A stretch of DNA of 64,000 bases from Alphaproteobacteria bacterium (GTDB lineage Bacteria > Pseudomonadota > Alphaproteobacteria > SP197). Made by a program: the position numbers and the translations under genes. Every line of letters starts with the position of its first letter. The first letter of the stretch is position 1. Location of the stretch: assembly GCA_965228895.1 (NCBI GenBank), contig OZ245842.1:1888001-1952000 (forward strand). The letters run 5' to 3'. The notes under the pieces are model-generated. The model was not told the origin of the DNA. It was given only the letters and a program-made list of their open reading frames with translations, and searched no databases. Below are positions 37,246-48,013 of this stretch, one piece after another.

Positions 37246-38346
37246 ATGGATTCGAGTGCTGCGCTGCGGCTGGTTGAAGGAAACGGGATGGAACGGGACA
37301 AGGCTCTGGATGCGGCGCTCAGCCAGATTGAGCGGGCGTTTGGCAAGGGCTCGGTCATGCGGCTTGGCCAGCAGGACCAGATTGTGGAGATCGAATCCGT
37401 GTCGACAGGCTCGTTGGGCCTGGACATTGGTCTCGGCATTGGCGGTTTGCCGCGCGGCCGCATCGTCGAAATCTATGGGCCGGAGAGTTCCGGCAAGACG
37501 ACGCTCGCGCTCCATGTGGTCGCCGAAGCCCAGAAGGCCGGCGGCGTCGCGGCTTTTGTCGATGCCGAGCATGCGCTGGATCCGATCTATGCCAGAAAGC
37601 TCGGCTGCAACATCGAAGACCTTCTGATTTCCCAGCCCGATGCGGGTGAACAGGCGCTTGAAATTGCCGACACGCTGGTGCGCTCCGGCGCGATCGACGT
37701 GCTGGTTGTCGACAGTGTCGCGGCGCTGGTGCCGCGCGCCGAACTCGAAGGTGAGATGGGCGACACCCATGTCGGCCTGCAAGCCCGCCTGATGAGCCAG
37801 GCGCTGCGCAAGCTGACCTCTTCGATCGCCAAGTCGCGCTGTCTGGTTATCTTCATTAATCAGATCCGCATGAAGATCGGCGTCATGTTCGGCAACCCGG
37901 AGACCACGAGCGGCGGCAACGCGCTGAAGTTCTATGCCTCCGTGCGCCTCGATATCCGCCGTATCGGCCAGATCAAGGACCGCGACGAGGTGGTCGGCAA
38001 CCAGACCCGGGTCAAGGTGGTCAAGAACAAGGTGGCACCGCCGTTTAAGGTCATTGAATTCGACATCATGTACGGCGAAGGCATCTCAAAAAACGGCGAA
38101 ATTCTTGATTTGGGCGTCAAAGCCGGCGTCGTCGATAAGTCGGGATCGTGGTTCTCACACAACGATCAGCGGATCGGGCAGGGCCGGGAGAACGCCAAGC
38201 AGTTCTTGGCCGACAACCCCGAGATCGCTCGCACCATCGAACACGCGATCCGCTCCAACGCGGGCCTTGTCGCGGAGAACATGATGGGCGAGGAAATTGA
38301 AGATACCGATAAGAAAGAACTGCCCGAGGCTGACGAAGCCGTCTGA
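37246..38346 (+). CDS. recA: Recombinase RecA
   Basis: [15 protein letters not shown] and [17 protein letters not shown] motifs; AAGGAG RBS before ATG 37246. Confidence 0.98.
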   Translation: MDSSAALRLVEGNGMERDKALDAALSQIERAFGKGSVMRLGQQDQIVEIESVSTGSLGLDIGLGIGGLPRGRIVEIYGPESSGKTTLALHVVAEAQKAGGVAAFVDAEHALDPIYARKLGCNIEDLLISQPDAGEQALEIADTLVRSGAIDVLVVDSVAALVPRAELEGEMGDTHVGLQARLMSQALRKLTSSIAKSRCLVIFINQIRMKIGVMFGNPETTSGGNALKFYASVRLDIRRIGQIKDRDEVVGNQTRVKVVKNKVAPPFKVIEFDIMYGEGISKNGEILDLGVKAGVVDKSGSWFSHNDQRIGQGRENAKQFLADNPEIARTIEHAIRSNAGLVAENMMGEEIEDTDKKELPEADEAV

Positions 38347-38451
38347 TGGATTGACCGGTGCGGGCTGTTTGCAGCCCGTTGTTCGGGTACCCGTCAGGGG
38401 CATGGATTCTGCGTAGCCGCCCCGATAGTCTCCCACTGAGGGAGATTCACA

Positions 38452-40209
38452 ATGGAACGACGTTTGGCGGCCATACTCGCTGCCGACGTGGTCGGTTTCT
38501 CTCGCCTTATGGGCGAAGACGAAGCTGGAACGTTGGAGGCGCTGAAGGCGCTGCGTAAGGACGTCGTAGCGCCTGCCATTGCCAGCCACAAGGGCCGCGT
38601 CGTCAAGGTAATGGGCGACGGGCTGTTGGCGGAGTTTGCCAGCGTGGTTGAAGCCGTTGCCTGTGCTGTTGCGGTCCAGGCGGGGGTGCGCGAACGCAAC
38701 GCATCGGCGGCGGATCAGCGCGAGATCCTGTTGCGCATCGGTGTCAACCTTGGCGACGTCATCGTTGAGGGGCGTGACATCTATGGCGACGGCGTCAATG
38801 TTGCCGCGCGGCTGGAAGCATTGGCCGAGCCCGGCAGTATCTGTATTTCGGATACCGTTCACCAGAGCATCAGGGCCAAGCTTGATCTGTCGTTTGATGA
38901 CCTTGGACTTCAGACGGTCAAGAACATCGCCCAACCCATTCATGCCTATTTGATCACCGACGACACGGGGAAGAACGATGGCCAGGCTGGTCGAGATGAA
39001 CCGCTGGCGCTGCCTGAAAAACCGTCCATCGCGGTGCTGCCGTTTGACAACATGTCGGGCGACCAGGACCAGGAATTCTTCGCCGATGGCATGAGCGAAG
39101 ACCTCATTACGGCGCTGTCCAGGATACGCTGGCTTTTTGTCATCGCACGAAACAGTACGTTCACCTACAAGGGCCAAGCCGTCGAAGTGAAGCAGGTGGC
39201 CCGGGACCTGGGTGTGCGTTACGTGCTTGAAGGCAGCGTGCGGAAGGCGGGGAGTCGCATGCGGGTCACCGCGCAGTTGATCGATGCAACCACCGGCCAT
39301 CACGTCTGGGCCGAACGGTATGATCGACAAGTCGACGGCATTTTCGAGCTGCAGGATGAGATGACGCAGACCATCGTTGGGGCCGTCGAGCCTGAGCTCT
39401 CAGCGGCTGAGCGGGACCGCGTGCTTTCCAAACCGCCGGACAATTTGGACGCGTGGGAAAGCTATCAGCGCGCGGTCTGGCATATGTGGCGGTATGCCGA
39501 GGACGATTGCGCCAAGTCTTTGAGTTTTTTTGATCGTGCGATCGGGCTCGACCCGAACTTTGCGCCAGCTTATGCGTACAAGACCTATTCTCTTTACCAG
39601 ACCGTTATCATGGGTTGGTCACAGGACAACGCGGCAAGTCTCGCCGAGGGTCTGGTGTCGGCCGAGCGAGCCCTGCAGATCGATGATCAGGACTCCGTCG
39701 CCTTCTTTGCGGTTGGCCGCATCTACATGATGCAGGGCAAACACGACGCCTCGATCGACGCTTTGGAAAAGGCGATTGCCCTCAACCCCAGCTTCGCCCA
39801 TGGCTACCATGGACTGGGCATGTCGCTGACGCTTGCCGGGCGGCTGGATGAAGCAAAACAAGCCTTGGAGTACTCCGAACGGCTCAGCCCTCGCGATCCC
39901 ATTCTGTGGGCCTCGACCATTGTCCATGCCTTGGCGAATGTTCTGTCAGGCGACTACGAAGAGGGCGTGCGCTGGGCGATGGCGACGGTGCGCAACCCGC
40001 GCTCCACGGGATACTGGCCACACGCAGTCTTGGCGGCCGCTCTGGCCCATTCCGGGCGGCTTGATGAAGCACGCGAGTCTGTGCATTTGGCCGTCCAGGA
40101 GTTGCCGGATCTCACCTTGTCTTATCTGAAGACAACATTGCCGACCAAACAGCCTGATGGACTTGATCCTTATCTCGACGGATTACGCATGGCCGGTCTC
40201 CCGGAGTGA
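38452..40209 (+). CDS. Class III adenylate cyclase with TolB-like and TPR domains
   Basis: AILAADVVGFS, K.MGDG, DIYGDGVNVAAR, PSIAVLPF and C-terminal TPR-like repeats. Confidence 0.92.
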   Translation: MERRLAAILAADVVGFSRLMGEDEAGTLEALKALRKDVVAPAIASHKGRVVKVMGDGLLAEFASVVEAVACAVAVQAGVRERNASAADQREILLRIGVNLGDVIVEGRDIYGDGVNVAARLEALAEPGSICISDTVHQSIRAKLDLSFDDLGLQTVKNIAQPIHAYLITDDTGKNDGQAGRDEPLALPEKPSIAVLPFDNMSGDQDQEFFADGMSEDLITALSRIRWLFVIARNSTFTYKGQAVEVKQVARDLGVRYVLEGSVRKAGSRMRVTAQLIDATTGHHVWAERYDRQVDGIFELQDEMTQTIVGAVEPELSAAERDRVLSKPPDNLDAWESYQRAVWHMWRYAEDDCAKSLSFFDRAIGLDPNFAPAYAYKTYSLYQTVIMGWSQDNAASLAEGLVSAERALQIDDQDSVAFFAVGRIYMMQGKHDASIDALEKAIALNPSFAHGYHGLGMSLTLAGRLDEAKQALEYSERLSPRDPILWASTIVHALANVLSGDYEEGVRWAMATVRNPRSTGYWPHAVLAAALAHSGRLDEARESVHLAVQELPDLTLSYLKTTLPTKQPDGLDPYLDGLRMAGLPE

Positions 40210-40224
40210 TGAGGAGGCCTGCGC

Positions 40225-40641
40225 ATGGACGATCGTCTGACTATTGAGACAACGCTTCGGCAACTGATCGACATCTTTTGGAACCAGCAAGCATTCGACC
40301 GGTTCGACGAATTCTTCAATGATGACTTCGTTCTTCACTCAGGACGTTCCGACTATGTCGGTGCACCCGGCCTGTGCGGCGGGTTCGCAGAGCCATTCGT
40401 GGCAGCGTTCCCGGATCTGCACCACGAAATCGTGTTTTTGCTGATCGACGGCGACATGGCGGCCATGCGCTACCACGGAACCGGCACGCTCAAGGGCAAT
40501 TATGGCAGCCTGAAAGCGGCGGGCCAGAAGCTTGATTACCACGGCACCGTGATCTTTCAGATGCGCGACGGTCGCATTGCCGAAGTCTGGGGTCACTCTG
40601 ACCTCGCCGACTGGGTCGCGGCGCAGGAGAGTGCCGCATAA
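40225..40641 (+). CDS. SnoaL-like ester cyclase / NTF2 family protein
   Basis: AFPD, GD....R...GT..G and DGRIAE.W motifs; GGAGG RBS. Confidence 0.85.
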   Translation: MDDRLTIETTLRQLIDIFWNQQAFDRFDEFFNDDFVLHSGRSDYVGAPGLCGGFAEPFVAAFPDLHHEIVFLLIDGDMAAMRYHGTGTLKGNYGSLKAAGQKLDYHGTVIFQMRDGRIAEVWGHSDLADWVAAQESAA

Positions 40642-40818
40642 GGGGCCGCGTCTGCCGTCTTGATCGGGCGGTACGAACCCGCCACATCCCTTGCCAAGAC
40701 CGCTGCCGCTTGCTGGACAGCGGCCGTAGCCGGCGTTACAAGCGCGCGGCTCCAGCCTGTCGGGCGATTTTCGTCGGGCGCAGAGTGACCTGAGCCCTAT
40801 GTTCATGAGGGAAAGACC

Positions 40819-43479
40819 ATGACCGGTGTCAACGAGGTCCGTCAGACGTTCCTCGACTACTTCCGTGACAACGGGCACGAGGTTGTCGCCTCGAGCCCCT
40901 TGGTGCCGCACAACGATCCGACGTTGATGTTTACGGCAGCCGGCATGGTGCAGTTCAAGAACGTCTTCACCGGCGCGGAGACGCGGCCCTATAGCCGCGC
41001 TGTGACGGCGCAGAAGTGTGTGCGCGCGGGCGGCAAGCACAATGACCTCGACAATGTCGGCTATACGGCGCGCCATCTGACCTTCTTTGAGATGCTCGGC
41101 AACTTCTCGTTCGGCGACTATTTCAAGGAACAGGCGATCGAGCTCGCCTGGAATCTCACCACCAAGGAGTTCGGTCTGCCGGCTGACAAATTGCTGATCA
41201 CCGTCCATTCATCGGATGAGGAGGCGGCGGCGCTGTGGCGCAAGATCGCGGGCTTCAGCGACGACCGGATCATCCGCATTCCGACTTCCGATAACTTCTG
41301 GTCGGCCGGTGACACCGGTCCGTGCGGACCGTGTTCAGAGATCTTCATCGATCAGGGTCCGGAGGTCGCCGGCGGACCGCCCGGCAGCGCGGACGAGGAC
41401 GGTGACCGTTTTCTGGAGTTCTGGAACCTCGTCTTCATGCAGTTCGATCAGGTGACGCCTGACGAACGGATCGACCTGCCCAGGCCGTCGATCGATACCG
41501 GCATGGGGTTGGAGCGCATGGCGGCGATCTTGCAGGGTGTCGATAGCCTGTTCGATACTGATCTCTTCCAGGCGCTGATCCATGCCTCCGTCGACCTGAC
41601 CGGTCAACCGGCCCACGGCGAACACCGGGCATCGCACAACGTGATCGCCGACCATCTGCGCGCGTCGAGTTTTTTGATGGCCGATGGTGTGTTGCCGTCG
41701 AACGAGGGCAGGGGTTATGTGCTGCGCCGCATCATGCGCCGCGCCATGCGCCATGCCCAACTGCTCGGCGCCGACGAACCGTTGATGTACCGTCTGGTGC
41801 CCGCGCTGGTCGGCGAAATGGGTCTGGCGTTCCCGGAACTCGGGCGCGCCGAGGCGTTGATTACCGAGACGCTGAAGCTGGAAGAGACCCGCTTCCGTGA
41901 AACGCTGGCGCGGGGTCTCAAGCTGCTTGATGAAGCGACCGCCGATCTGGAGCCTGACGGCGAGTTGTCCGGCGAGGTCGCGTTCAAGCTCTATGACACC
42001 TATGGCTTCCCCTTCGACCTGACCGAAGACGCGCTGCGCCGGGAAGGCCGCACCGTCGATCAAGCGGGCTTTGATGCGGCGATGGAGGAACAGCGCGCCA
42101 AGGCGCGCGCGGCCTGGCAGGGCTCCGGCGAAGCGGCGACCGATGCCTTGTGGTTTGAGATCCGCGAACGCGTCGGCGCGACCGAGTTCCTGGGCTACGA
42201 GACGGTCGAGGCGCAGGGCCGTGTCGTCGCGCTGATCGTCGACGGCAAGGACGTCGACGAGGTTGGCGACGGGACCGAGGTTCTGGTCGTCACCAACCAG
42301 ACGCCGTTCTATGGCGAGTCCGGCGGCCAGGTCGGCGATGAGGGCGCCATGTTCGCGCCCGACCTTGAGGTGCGGGTGACCGACACGCAAAAACAGGTCG
42401 GCGATCTGCATGTCCACGTGGCGTCGGTCCAGCACGGTACGCTCGCGGTCGGTCAGGATGTGACACTCAGTGTCGACGATGTGCGCCGTGACAAGCTGCG
42501 CGCGAACCACTCGGTTACCCACCTGTTGCACGAGGCGCTGCGCCAAGAGCTCGGCGATCACGTCACCCAGAAAGGATCGCTGGTTGCGCCCGATCGCCTG
42601 CGTTTCGACATCAGCCACCCCAAGGCGATGACAACCGACGAAATCGCGGCGGTCGAAGCGATGGTCAACCGCGAGGTCCGCGCCAACGCGGACGTACGCA
42701 CCCGCTTGATGACGCCGGACGAGGCCATCGCGGCTGGCGCGCTCGCGCTGTTCGGCGAGAAGTACGGCGACGAGGTTCGCGTCGTCTCCATGGGTACACC
42801 GACCGGCGAGCAAGCGGGTGAGACCTACTATTCGACCGAGCTATGCGGCGGCACCCACGTGCGGCGCACCGGCGATATCGGTCTCTTCAAGATCGTCTCC
42901 GAAGGCGCGGTCGCGTCCGGCGTCAGGCGCATCGAAGCGCTCACCGGACAGGCGGCACTCGACTACCTCAACTGTCAGGATGCGCGGGTCGAGGAACTCG
43001 CCGGTGCGCTCAAGACGACGCCGACGGACCTTGTCGAGCGCGTGCAGGCGCTTGCTGACGAACGGCGCAAGCTTGAGCGTGAGGTCTCCGACCTGCGTCA
43101 GAAACTCGCCACAGGCGGCGGTTCATCCGATGACGACGTGCGCGACATCGGCGGCGTCAAGGTCGTCGCGCGCCACGTCGACGGCGTGCCCGGCCGCGAA
43201 CTCAAGAGCATGGCCGACGGCTTCAAGCAACGGTTGGGATCAGGCGTTGTTGCGCTGGTCGCGACCGATGACGGCAAAGCCGCCGTCGTCGTCGGTGTCA
43301 CAGACGATCTGACCGAACGTTTCAACGCGGTCGACCTGGTCAAAACCGGCGTCGCCGAACTCGGCGGCAAAGGCGGCGGCGGGCGTCCCGACATGGCCCA
43401 AGGCGGCGGTCCCGACGCCAGCCGTGCGGCGGAAGCGATTAAGGCAATCGAAGCGGCACTGGGTGCGGCGGCGGCCTAA
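40819..43479 (+). CDS. alaS: Alanine--tRNA ligase
   Basis: [19 protein letters not shown]...H...ELCGGTH editing motif and [15 protein letters not shown]. Confidence 0.98.
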   Translation: MTGVNEVRQTFLDYFRDNGHEVVASSPLVPHNDPTLMFTAAGMVQFKNVFTGAETRPYSRAVTAQKCVRAGGKHNDLDNVGYTARHLTFFEMLGNFSFGDYFKEQAIELAWNLTTKEFGLPADKLLITVHSSDEEAAALWRKIAGFSDDRIIRIPTSDNFWSAGDTGPCGPCSEIFIDQGPEVAGGPPGSADEDGDRFLEFWNLVFMQFDQVTPDERIDLPRPSIDTGMGLERMAAILQGVDSLFDTDLFQALIHASVDLTGQPAHGEHRASHNVIADHLRASSFLMADGVLPSNEGRGYVLRRIMRRAMRHAQLLGADEPLMYRLVPALVGEMGLAFPELGRAEALITETLKLEETRFRETLARGLKLLDEATADLEPDGELSGEVAFKLYDTYGFPFDLTEDALRREGRTVDQAGFDAAMEEQRAKARAAWQGSGEAATDALWFEIRERVGATEFLGYETVEAQGRVVALIVDGKDVDEVGDGTEVLVVTNQTPFYGESGGQVGDEGAMFAPDLEVRVTDTQKQVGDLHVHVASVQHGTLAVGQDVTLSVDDVRRDKLRANHSVTHLLHEALRQELGDHVTQKGSLVAPDRLRFDISHPKAMTTDEIAAVEAMVNREVRANADVRTRLMTPDEAIAAGALALFGEKYGDEVRVVSMGTPTGEQAGETYYSTELCGGTHVRRTGDIGLFKIVSEGAVASGVRRIEALTGQAALDYLNCQDARVEELAGALKTTPTDLVERVQALADERRKLEREVSDLRQKLATGGGSSDDDVRDIGGVKVVARHVDGVPGRELKSMADGFKQRLGSGVVALVATDDGKAAVVVGVTDDLTERFNAVDLVKTGVAELGGKGGGGRPDMAQGGGPDASRAAEAIKAIEAALGAAAA

Positions 43480-43561
43480 ACGCGCGCATCGGTTAGACCA
43501 CGAGACTCCCCATTCAGTGTGAGCCTTGTCCGCTGCCTCTGGCCGTGGTGATGACAGCTGC

Positions 43562-45559
43562 CTAGCTGCTGCTGGACTTGGCTATGCTTGATTTTGCTAT
43601 GTCGACCACCTGCTGGGTCGGTGGTGAGGCTTTGTCGAACGCAACATTGTCGGGCGAAAGGGCGGCAACGATATCGGGCAACGTGACATCGCCAAGCCCC
43701 ATGGGTTTGCCGGCGGCGTCTGCCCGGATCAGGGCAATGGCATCGCCACGCGCCTGATAGTAAGTCGCCAAGCGGCTGTTGTAGCGATAGAGGTGGACGG
43801 CGATTTGTACCAGGTAGATGAGCAGAGCGACGATCGCGATACGTGTCGCGATGCGCCCTGCGCGATGCCATTGGTCCGCTTCCGATAGTGCGCTTTCGAC
43901 TTTGGTTACAGTGCCTTCAAGACTGATATGGCTATCGACCAGGCTCTCCCATTTTGACAGATCTTCGCGCAACGTTGAGATGCCGCCTGCGATGGTGTGA
44001 GGCAAGAGAAGCCCTTCCTGGCTGACATGGCTCAGGATCATTGATGCATGCTTTGCGATGGCGGCTCGCCCCGCGTCAGTCTGAGGATCGGCAACGATTT
44101 GCTCGGCAACGATTTGCTGGTCAACGCCGGTGCCTATCGGCGATGAGCGGACTAAGAGATGCTGGTCCTCAAGCGATGTGTAGTCGAGGCCAAGGCCGAC
44201 AAGTCCGCCATTGGGGTCCCAGGCAAGGTTGTTGAACGTTCCGAGCAACGGCTGTCCAGCATTGCTCAAGTAATGGTGTCGCCAGTTTCCGTCGCTGTCG
44301 CCTTCGAGGACCAGAAGATTCCCGTCGGCAAAACCACTGCTGCCGCCGACGGCAATTAGCTTGCCATCCGGCGCGACCGTGACGGCATTGAGACGGCCTT
44401 CAATCTGTACGTCGTCAATGCTCGGACGTTCAACGGTTAGATTGCCTTGATTGTCGCCGAAGATAGCCAGAACCGTATCGTTGTCAGATTCGAACCACGG
44501 TTCTTCGTAGCCGACCGCCACGAACCGGGAACCGGAACCGGTCGCAACGAAGTACAATCGACCGTAGATCTCTTCGCTCTCCGGTTTTGGCCAAGCAACG
44601 TCCCAGTCTTGTCCCGGTTGTCGGGTCATGACCAACGGACCTTCGTTTCCCCACTCATCAATGACGATGCCGACAGCAACTAGCCCGCCATCTGGCTCAG
44701 TCGCCACGGACCACAATTGACCGCTGATGTCTTGTCCCTCCTGCTGCGGCCTGTCGACCGTCCACGTACCGTCGGGTTCGCTGGTCACTGTCAACACACG
44801 GTTGGATTGAACGGCGTCGCTGAGACTGGATGTCCACTCATGTCCGATAGCGATCAGCTGGCCACTTGGGCCTGCAACGACTGAAAGCAGCTCCCCAGAG
44901 AACCGGCCTGCAGCATCCTGCGGCCAATAGGGGACCCACACGCCGTCCTTTCCAAGTTCAAGGACGAGAGGCCAAGTCTCGCCATCCTCGTATCGATAGC
45001 CGACTGCAACAATGCGCCCATCCGGTGCGGCGACCACGGCGTTCAAGTCGCCCCAGATTGGCAAGCCACTGACCATGGGTGTCTCTGATGACCACGCACC
45101 GTTCTCATCGCGCGTGACGACAACAATGTCGCCGTTACCCCAGGCGTCATTTGCGCCGACGGCGATCAACCGGCCGCTGTCATCGACCGTCACTGCGTTA
45201 AGCATGCCACTGTGGGTCCATGCCTCGTGCCGCCATGCACCGACCTCGCTTTGAAGGACGGGCAGAACGTCGGCTCCGAACGCCAGGATCTTGTCGCGCG
45301 TGGCCGTGAGCTCGTCAAGAATCCTAAGCTGACTTTCCTCAAGGCTGCGCACCTCGTCCTCCAACGAAAAGTCCGCCATCTGGCGATCGATGTTGGCTAT
45401 GACCGGTGGCAAGTAGAGAACGGAGACGGCACCAATGATGAGCGCGAGGATAATGAAGGCCAAAACGGCGTTTGACCGACGTTGAAGCCGGCGCGCCTGA
45501 GCGTAGAAGTTCTGCGCGAGGACTTCGGGCGTTTCAGGAACCTGCACGTCGTCTGGCAC
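43562..45559 (-). CDS. Hypothetical membrane protein: TM - coiled coil - 7 beta-propeller-like repeats - coiled coil - TM
   Basis: Seven repeats of G.L..V...P.G.L(I/V)AVG, with hydrophobic helices near both termini. Confidence 0.8.
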   Translation of the reverse strand: MPDDVQVPETPEVLAQNFYAQARRLQRRSNAVLAFIILALIIGAVSVLYLPPVIANIDRQMADFSLEDEVRSLEESQLRILDELTATRDKILAFGADVLPVLQSEVGAWRHEAWTHSGMLNAVTVDDSGRLIAVGANDAWGNGDIVVVTRDENGAWSSETPMVSGLPIWGDLNAVVAAPDGRIVAVGYRYEDGETWPLVLELGKDGVWVPYWPQDAAGRFSGELLSVVAGPSGQLIAIGHEWTSSLSDAVQSNRVLTVTSEPDGTWTVDRPQQEGQDISGQLWSVATEPDGGLVAVGIVIDEWGNEGPLVMTRQPGQDWDVAWPKPESEEIYGRLYFVATGSGSRFVAVGYEEPWFESDNDTVLAIFGDNQGNLTVERPSIDDVQIEGRLNAVTVAPDGKLIAVGGSSGFADGNLLVLEGDSDGNWRHHYLSNAGQPLLGTFNNLAWDPNGGLVGLGLDYTSLEDQHLLVRSSPIGTGVDQQIVAEQIVADPQTDAGRAAIAKHASMILSHVSQEGLLLPHTIAGGISTLREDLSKWESLVDSHISLEGTVTKVESALSEADQWHRAGRIATRIAIVALLIYLVQIAVHLYRYNSRLATYYQARGDAIALIRADAAGKPMGLGDVTLPDIVAALSPDNVAFDKASPPTQQVVDIAKSSIAKSSSS

Positions 45560-45672
45560 GCATTGTCCCCCGTGCCGTTACGGCGTCAAGGTTATCGCGA
45601 ACCGGGTATATGTGTCACGCTGTGCAGATGTTTAGCGCCTAACCTCGCAAAAACGTGTAGGCGGGCCGCCTG

Positions 45673-46887
45673 CTACCCCAACTTCTTCTGCAGGTTCTCG
45701 TCGAGTTTGGCCAGGAACTGGTTGGTTGTCATGAACGGTTGGTCCTTGCCGATCAGGATGGCGAGGTCCTTGGTCATGTCACCGGATTCGACGGTTTCAA
45801 CGCAGACTTCTTCCAGCGCATGGGCGAAGGCCGTGACATCTGGCGTGTCGTCGAACTCGCCGCGGTAGGAGAGGCCGCGCGTCCATGCGAAGATCGAGGC
45901 GATCGGGTTGGTTGACGTTTCGTTGCCCTTTTGATGTTCGCGGAAATGGCGCGTCACCGTGCCGTGGGCGGCTTCCGCCTCGACGGTCTTGCCGTCGGGC
46001 GTCATCAGGACGGAGGTCATCAGGCCGAGCGAACCAAAGCCCTGGGCCACCGTGTCGGACTGCACATCACCGTCATAGTTCTTGCACGCCCAGACGAACC
46101 CGCCATCCCACTTGAGAGCGGCCGCGACCATGTCGTCGATCAGGCGGTGTTCATAGGTGATGCCGGCGGCGTCGAACTTTTCCTTGAACTCCGCGTCGAA
46201 GACTTCCTGGAACAGGTCCTTGAAGCGGCCGTCATAGGCCTTGAGGATCGTGTTCTTGGTCGACAGGTAAACCGGCCACTTGAGATTGAGGCCGTAGTTC
46301 ATGCAGGCGCGCGCGAAGCCCCGGATCGACTCATCGAGATTGTACATCGCCATGGCGACGCCGCCGCCGGGAAAGTCAAAGACGTCGAAACTCATGGCGT
46401 CGCCGCCGTCGTCCGGCTGGAAGGTCAGCGTCAGCTTGCCCTTGCCCGGCACCACGAAGTCGGTCGCGCGATACTGATCGCCGAAAGCATGACGGCCGAT
46501 GACGATGGGTTTGGTCCAGCCCGGCACCAGGCGCGGCACGTTTTTGCAAATGATCGGCTGGCGAAAGACCGTGCCGCCCAGAATGTTGCGGATCGTACCG
46601 TTGGGTGAGCGCCACATCTTCTTCAGACCGAACTCCTCGACCCTGGCCTCATCGGGCGTGATGGTCGCGCATTTGACGCCGACGCCGTGCTTCTGGATCG
46701 CGTGTGCCGCGTCGACCGTGATCTGGTCGTCGGTGGCGTCCCGGCTTTCGATGCCGAGGTCATAGTAGAGGAGGTCGACGTCGAGATAGGGCAGGATCAG
46801 CTTGTCCTTGATGAACGCCCAGATGATCCGCGTCATTTCGTCGCCGTCGAGTTCGACGACGGGGTTCTTGACCTTGATTTTCGCCAT
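45673..46887 (-). CDS. icd: NADP-dependent isocitrate dehydrogenase
   Basis: [27 protein letters not shown] and [10 protein letters not shown] motifs. Confidence 0.98.
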   Translation of the reverse strand: MAKIKVKNPVVELDGDEMTRIIWAFIKDKLILPYLDVDLLYYDLGIESRDATDDQITVDAAHAIQKHGVGVKCATITPDEARVEEFGLKKMWRSPNGTIRNILGGTVFRQPIICKNVPRLVPGWTKPIVIGRHAFGDQYRATDFVVPGKGKLTLTFQPDDGGDAMSFDVFDFPGGGVAMAMYNLDESIRGFARACMNYGLNLKWPVYLSTKNTILKAYDGRFKDLFQEVFDAEFKEKFDAAGITYEHRLIDDMVAAALKWDGGFVWACKNYDGDVQSDTVAQGFGSLGLMTSVLMTPDGKTVEAEAAHGTVTRHFREHQKGNETSTNPIASIFAWTRGLSYRGEFDDTPDVTAFAHALEEVCVETVESGDMTKDLAILIGKDQPFMTTNQFLAKLDENLQKKLG

Positions 46888-46992
46888 GGTGGCCTCCGGA
46901 TCAGCTTGTCTGCATGGTGGATTGGGGCGTCATTGTGCGGCGCAACATAAAGGCCGCTTCGGCCGGTTCAAGGGAAAACGGGTTTAGGTCGC

Positions 46993-47550
46993 CTAGGCTA
47001 TTTCCTTGATACCGAGTGCCGGCAGGACGGCGTCGGCATCGGGCACGAGACGATAGGAATCGCGGATTGTCTCCGGCGCGAAACGGTGCGTGATCAGGTG
47101 ATCGAACATACCTGTCAGCGTACTCCAGTAACCCTCGACATCGACCAGGATCGACGGTTTGGCATGTTGGCGCAGCAGATGCAGCGTGATGACTTCCATC
47201 ATCTCATCGACCGTGCCGATACCGCCGGGCAGGCTGACAAAGGCATCGGCGCGCTCGATCATGACCGCCTTGCGCGCGAACATGCTGTCGACCTCGATCA
47301 TGTGGGTCAGGCCCTGGTGCGCCACTTCGACCCGGCGCAGCATGGTCGGGATGATGCCGGTGACGGTGCCGCTGGCGGCCAACGCCGCGTCGGCCACGAT
47401 GCCCATCAAACCGACATGGGCGCCGCCATAGATCAACTCGATGTTCTGCTTGGCGATGGCTTCGCCTAGTATCTGGGCTTGCTGGCGATAGACGTCCCGG
47501 TCGCCAAGGCTGGAACCGCAGAAAACGCAGATGGACCGAATCTCAACCAT
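46993..47550 (-). CDS. LOG family nucleotide phosphoribohydrolase (TIGR00730)
   Basis: ICVFCGSS, YGG..VGLMG, RK..M and PGGIGTVDE motifs. Confidence 0.92.
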   Translation of the reverse strand: MVEIRSICVFCGSSLGDRDVYRQQAQILGEAIAKQNIELIYGGAHVGLMGIVADAALAASGTVTGIIPTMLRRVEVAHQGLTHMIEVDSMFARKAVMIERADAFVSLPGGIGTVDEMMEVITLHLLRQHAKPSILVDVEGYWSTLTGMFDHLITHRFAPETIRDSYRLVPDADAVLPALGIKEIA

Positions 47551-47551
47551 G

Positions 47552-47920
47552 ATGGATCGTTTCGTTGTCTTGTTGTTGGCGGTGGCGGTACTCGCCGGCA
47601 TCCGGCCAGCCGTTGCCGGCGAGGCGGATGTTGTTGCGGTTGAGGTAATCGAAACCGCCGAGCGCGTCTACACGTTCCATGTGACGGTCGCCCACGCGGA
47701 TACCGGCTGGGATCACTATGCCGATCGGTGGGATGTCGTGGCGCTCGACGGCACGGTTCTTGGTTCGCGGGTGCTGTTTCACCCCCATGTCGACGAACAG
47801 CCGTTCCGGCGCAGCCTGTCAGGCGTCGAGATCCCGCACGGCATCGACCAGGTCGAGCTTCGCGCCCACGACAGCGAACACGGGTTGGGCGGCGCCGTCA
47901 TGTCGGTTGCCCTGCCGTGA
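47552..47920 (+). CDS. Exported hypothetical protein, His-rich
   Basis: Signal peptide plus H.DTGWDHYAD.W, R.L.HPHVDEQPF and RAHD..HG motifs. Confidence 0.8.
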   Translation: MDRFVVLLLAVAVLAGIRPAVAGEADVVAVEVIETAERVYTFHVTVAHADTGWDHYADRWDVVALDGTVLGSRVLFHPHVDEQPFRRSLSGVEIPHGIDQVELRAHDSEHGLGGAVMSVALP

Positions 47921-48013
47921 AACCGGCACAATTCCTTCGATTTGTTGCCGTCTTGACAATCATGCTACACCGGGGCGCTTGGACCGCACCGCGAAGAAGT
48001 CGACGCTACTGAC

